Part shown: positions 55,866-64,000 of the stretch, piece by piece
How the letters are laid out: each line of letters starts with the position of its first letter
Position numbering within the stretch: position 1 is the stretch's first letter
Virus record (IMG/VR): IMGVR_UViG_3300004369_000008
Span: 9,987 to 73,986 of that record
DNA: 64,000 bases
Origin: a virus
Reading direction: 5' to 3' (one strand)
Made by a program: the position numbers and the translations under genes
Notes under the pieces: model-generated
Seen by the model: the letters and a program-made list of their open reading frames with translations, nothing else
Told to the model about the DNA's origin: nothing
Databases searched by the model: none

Positions 55866-56948
55866 TTACCACTCTAGTTCGCCGGAATTTTGGTATTCAG
55901 TAACCGTCGTCTCAAAGAAATTCTTCTCCTTCGTGAGATCGGTTGACTGGCTCATCCATGGGAATGGATTCTTAGTGTTGTACAGCTTAGATAGTCCCAA
56001 TCGCTCTAGGCGACGGTCAGCAATGTACTCGACATAGTGAGAGAATTGCTCAGCATTGATGCCGAACAAACTCTTAGGGCAGGCGTCGTGCGCATATTTC
56101 TTTTCGAGTTCGACGGCTTCTGCGATCAAATCTTGGATTTCATCACAAAAGTCCTTCGTCCAGATGTCTGGGTACTCTTCCTTGATCGTGTTGATGAGGT
56201 CACAACCAAAAGCAAGATGCACTGATTCATCACGCATGATGAATTCAAATTGTTCTCCCACTCCAATCATTTTCTTCTGTCGCTTGAGAGCCAACATCAT
56301 GGCAAAACCAGCATAAAAGAAAATCCCTTCCATGATGACGTAGTAACCAATGAGATCATGGAGAAACTCTTGGATGTCACCGTGGAAGTCTCGAACTTGA
56401 CAGCCATGTGCGAGCATGGCCGTTTCGTATGAGTCCTCGCTTTGGAATGATTCACGACTTGGCTTTGTGGAGGGATAACGAATCTCAAAGTCTCTGTTGA
56501 AGATACTCTGTGTTAGTTTCACCACAAAGTCATCCTTGTCCTTTATGGAAGGGATGGTTTGGTACATGGTGTAAATATCTTCTGGATCAAGCCCGAGGCT
56601 GTCACAACAGTAGATGAACGTATCTGTGTGAATTGCCTCTTCATAGGCTTGACGAAGAAGGTACTGACGACATGCAGGATCGGTAACATGCTGGTAGACG
56701 GCCAAAACAATGTTGTTGGCCGTCAAGCTCTCTGCCGTGGAAAAGAATCCCAAATTCCACAGGATCAATCTGCGCTCATCATCATCAAGAACAGTGCTTG
56801 ACTTCCACTGCTCAATATCCATTTGCATGGGCACTTCTTCTGGCACCCAGTTGTTGGCGACCCCGCTCTTGTAATGTTCCCTCGCCCATTTGTAGCGAAT
56901 GGGAAGAATCTTATTGGGGTCTGTTTTGTTACTCTTTAGAACTGACAT
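55866..56948 (-). CDS. nrdB: Ribonucleotide reductase small subunit, class Ic-type signature
   Basis: FFSTAES, EEAIHTDTF, MEGIFFY, RDESVH, NFFE...EY. Confidence 0.93.
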   Translation of the reverse strand: MSVLKSNKTDPNKILPIRYKWAREHYKSGVANNWVPEEVPMQMDIEQWKSSTVLDDDERRLILWNLGFFSTAESLTANNIVLAVYQHVTDPACRQYLLRQAYEEAIHTDTFIYCCDSLGLDPEDIYTMYQTIPSIKDKDDFVVKLTQSIFNRDFEIRYPSTKPSRESFQSEDSYETAMLAHGCQVRDFHGDIQEFLHDLIGYYVIMEGIFFYAGFAMMLALKRQKKMIGVGEQFEFIMRDESVHLAFGCDLINTIKEEYPDIWTKDFCDEIQDLIAEAVELEKKYAHDACPKSLFGINAEQFSHYVEYIADRRLERLGLSKLYNTKNPFPWMSQSTDLTKEKNFFETTVTEYQNSGELEW

Positions 56949-56956
56949 GGTGACTC

Positions 56957-59785
56957 CTATTGACAAGCTTCACAATCGGGATCGTTAATTTTACAGAGCT
57001 TAGGCTCATCTGGTGTTTCACTACGATCACGCTTCTGTGTGAAACCATACTTTCCTGCATCAAGAGTAGACTTCTCAATCTGAGTCTTCCCGAGACATCG
57101 CAAGTAATACGTCGTCTTCAGCCCTTGCTCCCATGCGTACATGTAGATTTCACTAATCTCCTTGCCGGACTTTCCGTGATAGAAGATGTTGTGACTCTGA
57201 CTCTGATCGATCCACTTGCCACGCAGAGCGGTCAATTCAATAGCAACCCTTGGACTGACTTCAAAGGATTCTTTGTACTTGAGCTTCATGTCTTCTGGCA
57301 AATCGAGCTTCTGAATTGAACCGTCGTGATACTTCAAATCATCGAGCATATCTTTGTTCCAACGACCGATTTTCTTAAGGTCACGGACAAGTTGCTCATT
57401 GACGATTGTGAATTCTCCAGTCATATTCGACTTCACGAAGATATTCTTAAAGTAAGGTTCGATGCACGGGGAACATCCCACTATCGTAGCGATTGTGGCT
57501 GTTGGTGCAATAGCCATCGTATTGCTATTACGCATACCCATCGTCTTCACAGCTTCTTTCAACTTATCCCAGTCAAGACGAGTTGTGCGAGGCGTTGGAA
57601 TCTTCATCCCACGCTCTTCTTCAAGAAGATCAAGTGTGTCCAATGGGAAAATCCCACGATGCCACTTTGAACCTTGGAACGTTTCATAACATCCACGTTC
57701 CTGAGCCAAAGCGCATGAGTTTGAGATTGCTTCATAGGCAACAAACTCTTGAATTTCGTCCACAAACTCGTGGGAGCGTTCAAAGTTCACACCAGCTATG
57801 TACATGGCATCTTGCAACCCCATTACACCAAGGCCAACTGGACGGTGGCGCAAGTTCGACCATTCAGCTTCCGGTGTAGGATAGAAGTTGAGATCAACAA
57901 CATTGTCCAGCATTCTCATGGCAATGCCGATGACCCATGCTGTCAATTTCTTGTCAAGCTTTTTGCCCTTCATGAGATTGCTGAGTACCAGACTTCCCAG
58001 ATTGCACACCGCAACCTCTCCACAATCGTATTTGCGTGTGTATTGACCTGTCTTCCAATCCATCTCTTGAGAAACGAGTCTGGATGGGCTGGTGTTGAGC
58101 GTGATCTCGGTACAAAGATTGGATGAGTGAACCACTCCAACATGATCCTGCGGAGATCGAATGTTGCAAGGGTCTTTGAAGCAAGGCCATGGGTGGCCTG
58201 TTTCATACAGCATCATGACGACCCGTTTATAAAGCTTCTCAGCATCAACCTTCTTGAACTTCGTGATCTTGCCACGCTTGGCGAGCTTCTCATATTTGAC
58301 GTAAGCCTCTTCAAAAGCCTTGCCGTACAAGTCGTGAAGATCAGGAGTTTCATCTGGAGAGAAGAGCGTCCATTCACCACCTTCACGAACTCGCTTCATG
58401 AACAAGTCTGGAATCCATGACGCTGTATTCATGTCATGGGTTCTTCGACGTTCATCGCCAGTGTTGCGACGGAGATCAAGGAAATCTTCGTAGTCATAAT
58501 GCCAAATCTCCAGATACGCCACGGTTGCCCCACGACGTTTTCCAGATCGATTGATTGCAAATGTTGTATCGTTCGCAATCTTCAGAAAGGGGATTGTCCC
58601 CTGTGATTCAACTCGGGTGGATTTAATGGCCGCACCGATAGAACGCACATTTGTCCAATCGTTGCCGATACCACCACTCCACTTGGCCAACTGAGAATTG
58701 TCAGCATAACTCTTGAAGATATCCTTCAAATCATCGTCAACACACGTCAAATAACACGAGCTAAGCTGAGGGTGCAGAAGTCCGGCGTGAAACAAGGTTG
58801 GCGTAGAAGGAATGTACAAGTGACGTGACATGACCTCGTAGAATTCAAGCGCACGCTTTGTTTTATCTTCTTCATTGAATGCCAGACCCATTGCTACACG
58901 CATCCAGAATGTCTGCGGCAATTCAAATAAGCGACCATCAAACTTTGTAAAGTATCGCTCGTAGAGTGTGTCTAAGCCAATGAACTTAAACAATTCATCT
59001 CGTTCAAGGACGAGCTTACTAGACAGTTCTTTCAGATCAAATTCGAGTAGACGCTTATCGAAAATCTCAGCCTTCACACCCAACTCAATGGCATGAACAA
59101 AAGACTCTCGATACGCTTCTTCTGCTTCTTCGGTCTTTGTGTCAGTCGAATGACCAAAAACCTCTTTCTTCATTTGTTGAAGGTAAACTCTGGCTGCGAA
59201 CTCAGCATGATCTGGCTCAACTTCGATAAACGAAGTCGCAGCCAACATGATTGCCCTGTCAACGTCAGTTGACTTGATGCCGTCATAAACATTCTTGGCG
59301 GCTTCATCGAAGATTGTATTCTCGTCGATTCCGTTAAGACCGACTGAGCAACGCTGAATGGTCTCACGGACCTTCTTTGGATTGTAGAGTACAGTACGAC
59401 CATCACCTTTCAGGACGGTCAATTTTCGGAGGTAGGATAACTTCTGGCGTTTCGCATCTGACTGACGTTTCTTGTCGGCCCGATAGAGAATGTAAGCTTT
59501 GGCCACTTCGTAGAGTTCGGCACGCATTAGGTGCTTCTCTACGATGTCGTGGATGTTCTCCACATTTGGCACAAACTCGCCATCTGAGAACCTTTCAACG
59601 ACTTCTTTGGCAACATTATCGGACAATCCATTGATGGTGTCCTTGATGTAAATTTCTGATTTGCCAGCAGCTACGGCTGCTCTGGCAATTGCCGCCTCGA
59701 TCTTCGCTTTGTCAAAAGGAGCAACTTCTCCGTCACGCTTCTCAACAACCAGATCACACGGAATTCTAGGTGTGTGTTCCGACAT
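56957..59785 (-). CDS. nrdA: Ribonucleotide reductase large subunit with two ATP-cones
   Basis: EKRDG and LKGDG cones, QLSSC, SNLCTEI, APTAT, KTTYY, C-terminal CEACQ. Confidence 0.97.
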   Translation of the reverse strand: MSEHTPRIPCDLVVEKRDGEVAPFDKAKIEAAIARAAVAAGKSEIYIKDTINGLSDNVAKEVVERFSDGEFVPNVENIHDIVEKHLMRAELYEVAKAYILYRADKKRQSDAKRQKLSYLRKLTVLKGDGRTVLYNPKKVRETIQRCSVGLNGIDENTIFDEAAKNVYDGIKSTDVDRAIMLAATSFIEVEPDHAEFAARVYLQQMKKEVFGHSTDTKTEEAEEAYRESFVHAIELGVKAEIFDKRLLEFDLKELSSKLVLERDELFKFIGLDTLYERYFTKFDGRLFELPQTFWMRVAMGLAFNEEDKTKRALEFYEVMSRHLYIPSTPTLFHAGLLHPQLSSCYLTCVDDDLKDIFKSYADNSQLAKWSGGIGNDWTNVRSIGAAIKSTRVESQGTIPFLKIANDTTFAINRSGKRRGATVAYLEIWHYDYEDFLDLRRNTGDERRRTHDMNTASWIPDLFMKRVREGGEWTLFSPDETPDLHDLYGKAFEEAYVKYEKLAKRGKITKFKKVDAEKLYKRVVMMLYETGHPWPCFKDPCNIRSPQDHVGVVHSSNLCTEITLNTSPSRLVSQEMDWKTGQYTRKYDCGEVAVCNLGSLVLSNLMKGKKLDKKLTAWVIGIAMRMLDNVVDLNFYPTPEAEWSNLRHRPVGLGVMGLQDAMYIAGVNFERSHEFVDEIQEFVAYEAISNSCALAQERGCYETFQGSKWHRGIFPLDTLDLLEEERGMKIPTPRTTRLDWDKLKEAVKTMGMRNSNTMAIAPTATIATIVGCSPCIEPYFKNIFVKSNMTGEFTIVNEQLVRDLKKIGRWNKDMLDDLKYHDGSIQKLDLPEDMKLKYKESFEVSPRVAIELTALRGKWIDQSQSHNIFYHGKSGKEISEIYMYAWEQGLKTTYYLRCLGKTQIEKSTLDAGKYGFTQKRDRSETPDEPKLCKINDPDCEACQ

Positions 59786-59890
59786 AATTCTTTCCTTTCT
59801 TTGAAATTGGGTGCTTGTACATAAGCCTATGAGTAGGCAATTTCAGCATCCCTCTGAGAGCAATTGGGTATTAACAAAAGCGTGAAGTTA

Positions 59891-61903
59891 TCAAAGGAGG
59901 ACAGTAATGTCGTCCTTCTTTTGCAGGGTGAGACTTTCACAGCCCTGAAGCATTTCGAGCAGATATTGGTTATGAGTCGTCACAAAAACTTGACGTTCTT
60001 TTGCCAACTCAAAGACCATGTTGTAGATGCCGCTAACACCCGCCCGGTCAATTCCTCCACCAGTTATTTCGTCTAAGAAGACAATACTGGGGCAACATCC
60101 GGTGTTAAGCATCATGACATGAGCGAACGCTTGCGAAACCGCAAGATTGATGCGTCTACGTTCACCATTGGAAAGGCCATAGTAATAGGCTGAAGTTCCG
60201 TTTCTGGTGATCGTTTCTTCAAATTCGTTGTTGAACGAGAGTTCCATTTTGCCATCAATGAGATATTGCATCCAATAAGCGATGCGTGAATTGAGAGCCG
60301 GAATGATTCCTTCCACGACGAACCTTCGAATGCCTTTGTCGCCAAAGGCTTTAACCCAGAACTCGTAGTAAGGTAACTCTTTCTCGCACTCCTCAAGCTC
60401 CTTTTTGATACGTTCAGAAGTGATTATGGAGAGTTCCTTCTCTTCCTTGGCAGAATCATGAATCTCTTTGTAAGGATCGCCACTGGCAATCTCTTCTTTC
60501 TTTTCTTTGATCTGTCGTTTGAGTTCAGTGATCTCTGTCTCAAGCACTCTCTGGGCTGCATCAACATCTGGTCTTGGAAGATTCGACAAACGAGAGATTT
60601 CATTGTTGGCAACTGTATTCTTCTCATTTGCAGAGTTGATAGTCCGCTCTGCACTTAGAATGCCATCCTCAACCTTACTAATAGAAGCACTGATGCCCTT
60701 CATTTTGGTCTTTTGTTCTTCCAGAACAATTGTCAATCGATTGCCTTCAATTTTGTCCTTCTCAATTGTTCTGGTTTCTTGGACCAGAACAGAGGCGTAA
60801 TTGGCCTCGTTAATAACCGAATGGCATGTTGGACAAGTTGCCCCATCTTCAAGGTTCGTGAGCTTCTGAACAAGCCTCGCACTTTTTTCCAAAGTGGCCT
60901 GAATTTCTTTTACCTTCAGGAAGTTTTCTTGAATCAAAGCTTGGACACTACGCTCTTCTGATTTGTGTTCTGCCAGTTTCTTCTTGGCAAGATCGAGCCA
61001 AGCTTGAGCCTTGGTCTTCAATTCGTTCCTTTTACCCATATCTTCGTTCAAGTCGCCGATCTTCTCTTTGGCTTGATTATAAGCAGCAAGTTCTCCGCTT
61101 TTATCTGTCTTTTCTAAATGAAGTTGTTTCTCAGACAACTTCAATTCCAACTGTTTTGCTTCAAGGTTCTTCTTTTGCTTCCATTCCTCCCGTTGTAATG
61201 CAATTTTTGTAATTCGCTTTTCACATGAGTCGGTGCTTTCGAGCGCCCGCTCGTAATCTTTCGTCTTATCATCAACTTCCTTCTTCTTGTCTTTAAGCAA
61301 ATCCTTGGCACTCTGTGTGTACTCTCTGTACTTGTCCAGTCCAAGAAGGTTCTCAACGATCTCACGCTTAGTTGATGTGTCAGCTTCCAAGAAGGAATAG
61401 CTGTTGCTGTCATCAAAGATGACAACATTACAGAAGGCATGATGCGACATGCCTATCTTCTCTTCGATCAACTTCTGGGTCGCTGGAACACCAGCGCCTT
61501 TTGAAAGCAGGGTTTCGTCGTCCCAAATGTGATCTGGGCTATGCCAAAGATCGAGACTGCTGCCGCCCTTGGCTTTGATTGTGCGAACGATACGATAATC
61601 GTCCCACTCAATCTCAATCACAGACTTGCCACGCTCTCCAGCAAGCTCATTGACAATCCTGCCGCCTTTGAGTTGCTTCGGGCTTTTGACAGTCTTCCCA
61701 TAGAGACCAATTGAGAGGATTTCCTGTACTGATGATTTTCCAGTGCCGTTGCTGGCTGGGTTATCATCACTGCCGGGATTATCGAGGTTGATTCCTTCAA
61801 CCAAAATCACCTTCCCATAATCATCGAAGTGGAACTCCACACCTTTTGGACCAAAACAAAGTGTATCAGTCGCCTTGGCGAGTTTGAAATTCAAGTTCTT
61901 CAT
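59891..61903 (-). CDS. SbcC/Rad50 (T4 gp46-like) ATPase
   Basis: NGTGKSS, Zn-hook CPTC, LSNGE signature, VFLDE, TTH. Confidence 0.93.
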   Translation of the reverse strand: MKNLNFKLAKATDTLCFGPKGVEFHFDDYGKVILVEGINLDNPGSDDNPASNGTGKSSVQEILSIGLYGKTVKSPKQLKGGRIVNELAGERGKSVIEIEWDDYRIVRTIKAKGGSSLDLWHSPDHIWDDETLLSKGAGVPATQKLIEEKIGMSHHAFCNVVIFDDSNSYSFLEADTSTKREIVENLLGLDKYREYTQSAKDLLKDKKKEVDDKTKDYERALESTDSCEKRITKIALQREEWKQKKNLEAKQLELKLSEKQLHLEKTDKSGELAAYNQAKEKIGDLNEDMGKRNELKTKAQAWLDLAKKKLAEHKSEERSVQALIQENFLKVKEIQATLEKSARLVQKLTNLEDGATCPTCHSVINEANYASVLVQETRTIEKDKIEGNRLTIVLEEQKTKMKGISASISKVEDGILSAERTINSANEKNTVANNEISRLSNLPRPDVDAAQRVLETEITELKRQIKEKKEEIASGDPYKEIHDSAKEEKELSIITSERIKKELEECEKELPYYEFWVKAFGDKGIRRFVVEGIIPALNSRIAYWMQYLIDGKMELSFNNEFEETITRNGTSAYYYGLSNGERRRINLAVSQAFAHVMMLNTGCCPSIVFLDEITGGGIDRAGVSGIYNMVFELAKERQVFVTTHNQYLLEMLQGCESLTLQKKDDITVLL

Positions 61904-61956
61904 TGCATCCCTTCCTTGGACAACGGCATCGGCATCATCAATTTGGTGATGTTACA

Positions 61957-62814
61957 TTAGTCCGCTGAATGCGACAAGGCACATTCCTTAAGATGACCGT
62001 TCAGTCGGTCCCATTGATGAACAATACAATAGGGAACACCGAGGTAAGAACTTTCAAACACTCCATTATTGATTGTGGGTTCTTTAACAAAGCCCTCCTT
62101 AACTCCTTCTCCATGCAGACACAACGTGTCATTCGTGGGTTGAGAAATTGAATAGGTTGCATCCTCTTCAAGAAAATTCATCAAGTAGTTTAAGGTAGCT
62201 TGATCTGTGCAGCGACCAATGGTTTTCATTGCCACAGACCAGATAAGAAACTCATGATTCTGCAAAGCTTGCGGTGTACCAAGTGTAACTCCACCATTAA
62301 CCACCCATCTATCTGAGTCTTCCTTAAAGAACTGAGGAGGCACATCTCTTTGAAACTCAAAGTCTTCGATGCGTGCAAAACCACTTTGTGATTGGCGGAA
62401 TCCCTCTGAAGTAAGGATCACAAAGTTACTTAAGAAAGCCTTGTTGCCTTGGACTTCATCGAATCGATGTTTCCACTCTTCGATCCAGTGGAATGGGCTT
62501 CTCTGAAAAAGAACATCCTTACTGTCGCAAATGGCCACATATTTGTATTTGTGACCATGCTCATTAAGGTATTCCCAGAATGCCAAATGCCTGTCTCTTA
62601 AGAGATATGGGTATTTAATGAGAGGCACATCTTCTATGATAAAGCCCTTCTCTAAAAGACGATCACGCACGAGATCAGGCATCTCGTGCGTGATAATGAC
62701 TTTATCGGAATCTGGGATTACAGACAGCGTGTTAACGTAGACCCAGAATGATTCTTGCTGAAGGAATTCGTTTCCGCCAGCGTATGTTAAGACGAGGTTT
62801 TCTTCTCTAAGCAT
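61957..62814 (-). CDS. Glycosyltransferase-like protein
   Basis: CDSKDVLFQRSPF, VNGGV, DQATLN, VHQWDR. Confidence 0.65.
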   Translation of the reverse strand: MLREENLVLTYAGGNEFLQQESFWVYVNTLSVIPDSDKVIITHEMPDLVRDRLLEKGFIIEDVPLIKYPYLLRDRHLAFWEYLNEHGHKYKYVAICDSKDVLFQRSPFHWIEEWKHRFDEVQGNKAFLSNFVILTSEGFRQSQSGFARIEDFEFQRDVPPQFFKEDSDRWVVNGGVTLGTPQALQNHEFLIWSVAMKTIGRCTDQATLNYLMNFLEEDATYSISQPTNDTLCLHGEGVKEGFVKEPTINNGVFESSYLGVPYCIVHQWDRLNGHLKECALSHSAD

Positions 62815-63881
62815 TGTTGCCCCACGGCTAATAGACGTTTGCGATCCAAGCCTTCGGGGACACCTTTGTCTTCCACATACTTCTCCAGCATCTCACCCTC
62901 TGAATAGAGGATAGCTCGGGCCTCTTCTATTACAGTCTCTTCCTCTTCGGTTTTCTTGTCTTTGGTTTTGAAGTCAAGAGAAGCGACTTTGTATTTGTCT
63001 CTCACGCCCCTTTTTAGATCAACCAATTCATTGGATGAAAGGTCATCAACTACGATGCGAACAAAATTCCCATCCAATTCATAGTTCTCATCTTTAATGT
63101 CCTTTGGTTCGATGAGCAGATGCTTAGGAGAGAAGTCGTTCTCAAAGTATTCTGTTTCCAGCGTTTCAAGATCGAGCAAGATAATATGTTTCGTTTCGAA
63201 CGCCTCACCGAAAGAAAGCTGAAGCGGCGAACCAACGTATTCTACCTTGTCAGTGACATCTTGCGCACCGTGGTAGTGGCCCATGTAGGTGTGATCCCAC
63301 GATTCAAACAACTCGGCATTCACAGGGATCATCTCATTGTCATATTCGACAATCACATCTGACTTTGTGCCATAAACCAGATTCAGCTTAGCTCCATCCA
63401 CCGAAATGTGAGCAAACATCAAAGACTTGGGATGGCCCTCTACTTCTTTTGGGAATTTTGACAGTTCATCGATTGGGTTTTCGGTGTGAGGCATCCAGTC
63501 AATGCGACGGTCATCGATAATGGTCGTCATGGGCCGGTCAACGATGTGACAACGAGGAATAGCCGTCAGGGGCTTCACGCTGTTCACATCCCAGCGTGTC
63601 TTGTGGTACATGTCATGATTGCCAACCAGCAAGTAGAGATCGATGTCCTGTGCGTCTTCAATCATGTGCTTCATGAAGACTTCGAACGTGCGAAGATAGT
63701 TTAACACGTCGATTTTGGATCGCTCGTGAAACAAGTCGCCAAGAAAGAAGATGTGCTTACATCCATTTTCTTTGGCTTTGTTGAAAACCCAGTGCAATAC
63801 ATCGAGACAGTCTTCAAGTCTGTCGATGCGATCTTTATGGCTGTGCAAGTGCAAATCACTAAAAATGATGGCTTTGCTCAT
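62787..63881 (-). CDS. SbcD/Mre11 (T4 gp47-like) nuclease
   Basis: SDLH, LGDLF, GNHD, GHYH, YVGSP. Confidence 0.93.
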   Translation of the reverse strand: MSKAIIFSDLHLHSHKDRIDRLEDCLDVLHWVFNKAKENGCKHIFFLGDLFHERSKIDVLNYLRTFEVFMKHMIEDAQDIDLYLLVGNHDMYHKTRWDVNSVKPLTAIPRCHIVDRPMTTIIDDRRIDWMPHTENPIDELSKFPKEVEGHPKSLMFAHISVDGAKLNLVYGTKSDVIVEYDNEMIPVNAELFESWDHTYMGHYHGAQDVTDKVEYVGSPLQLSFGEAFETKHIILLDLETLETEYFENDFSPKHLLIEPKDIKDENYELDGNFVRIVVDDLSSNELVDLKRGVRDKYKVASLDFKTKDKKTEEEETVIEEARAILYSEGEMLEKYVEDKGVPEGLDRKRLLAVGQQCLEKKTSS

Positions 63882-64000
63882 CGTCACTCCTCCTTGAGTC
63901 CAATTTTTGGAACAAAAAATCCCGGCTTCTCACCGGGATGTTATCAGAGTTCTCTTAACCCATCAATGCAGGACCGGGGCCACCGGCTGGCGGACTCGAC

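Noticed and set aside
56957-59785. Intein or intron in nrdA
   Set aside because: The length is explained by two ATP-cones; no intein splice motifs or frame breaks were seen.
1-64000. Stop-codon reassignment
   Set aside because: Long conserved genes are intact in code 11 and genes end in TAA, TGA and TAG. Reading through the PP2C TAG hits TGA two codons later.
1-64000. tRNA, rRNA or CRISPR arrays
   Set aside because: No cloverleaf-like or repeat-spacer pattern was seen by eye and intergenic gaps are short. A tRNAscan run would be needed to exclude fully.

Overview
This window is a gene-dense segment of a large T4-like (jumbo) myophage genome, read in standard code 11. All calls come from motif recognition by eye; no searches were run. 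It has four parts. (1) 3.2-16 kb is a plus-strand island under host-type TTTACA-N16/17-TA(A/G)AAT promoters. It encodes an AAA+ ATPase, RNA ligase, family-4 UDG and a clustered deamidated-route NAD+ salvage pathway (nicotinamidase, PncB, Nudix, glutamine-dependent NadE), mixed with TerY-like vWA, ParB-like and truncated PP2C genes. This is the most interesting system: a candidate phage NAD+ reconstitution route distinct from NARP1 and NARP2. (2) 17-40 kb is a neck/tail module: gp13-, gp14- and gp15-like proteins, sheath, four tail-tube paralogues, a gp55-like sigma factor, and a gp26-like gene with a probable programmed -1 frameshift. (3) About ten glycosyltransferase-like genes and a sulfotransferase lie mostly at 41-46 kb. 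(4) 50-64 kb covers nucleotide metabolism and recombination: a resolvase, an Ntn amidotransferase that probably starts at AUU, CTP synthase, an RNR with a class Ic-type (Mn/Fe) R2, and SbcCD. Intact and decayed homing endonucleases are scattered through the window, and two have RBS-sequestering hairpins. No tRNA, rRNA or CRISPR array was seen.
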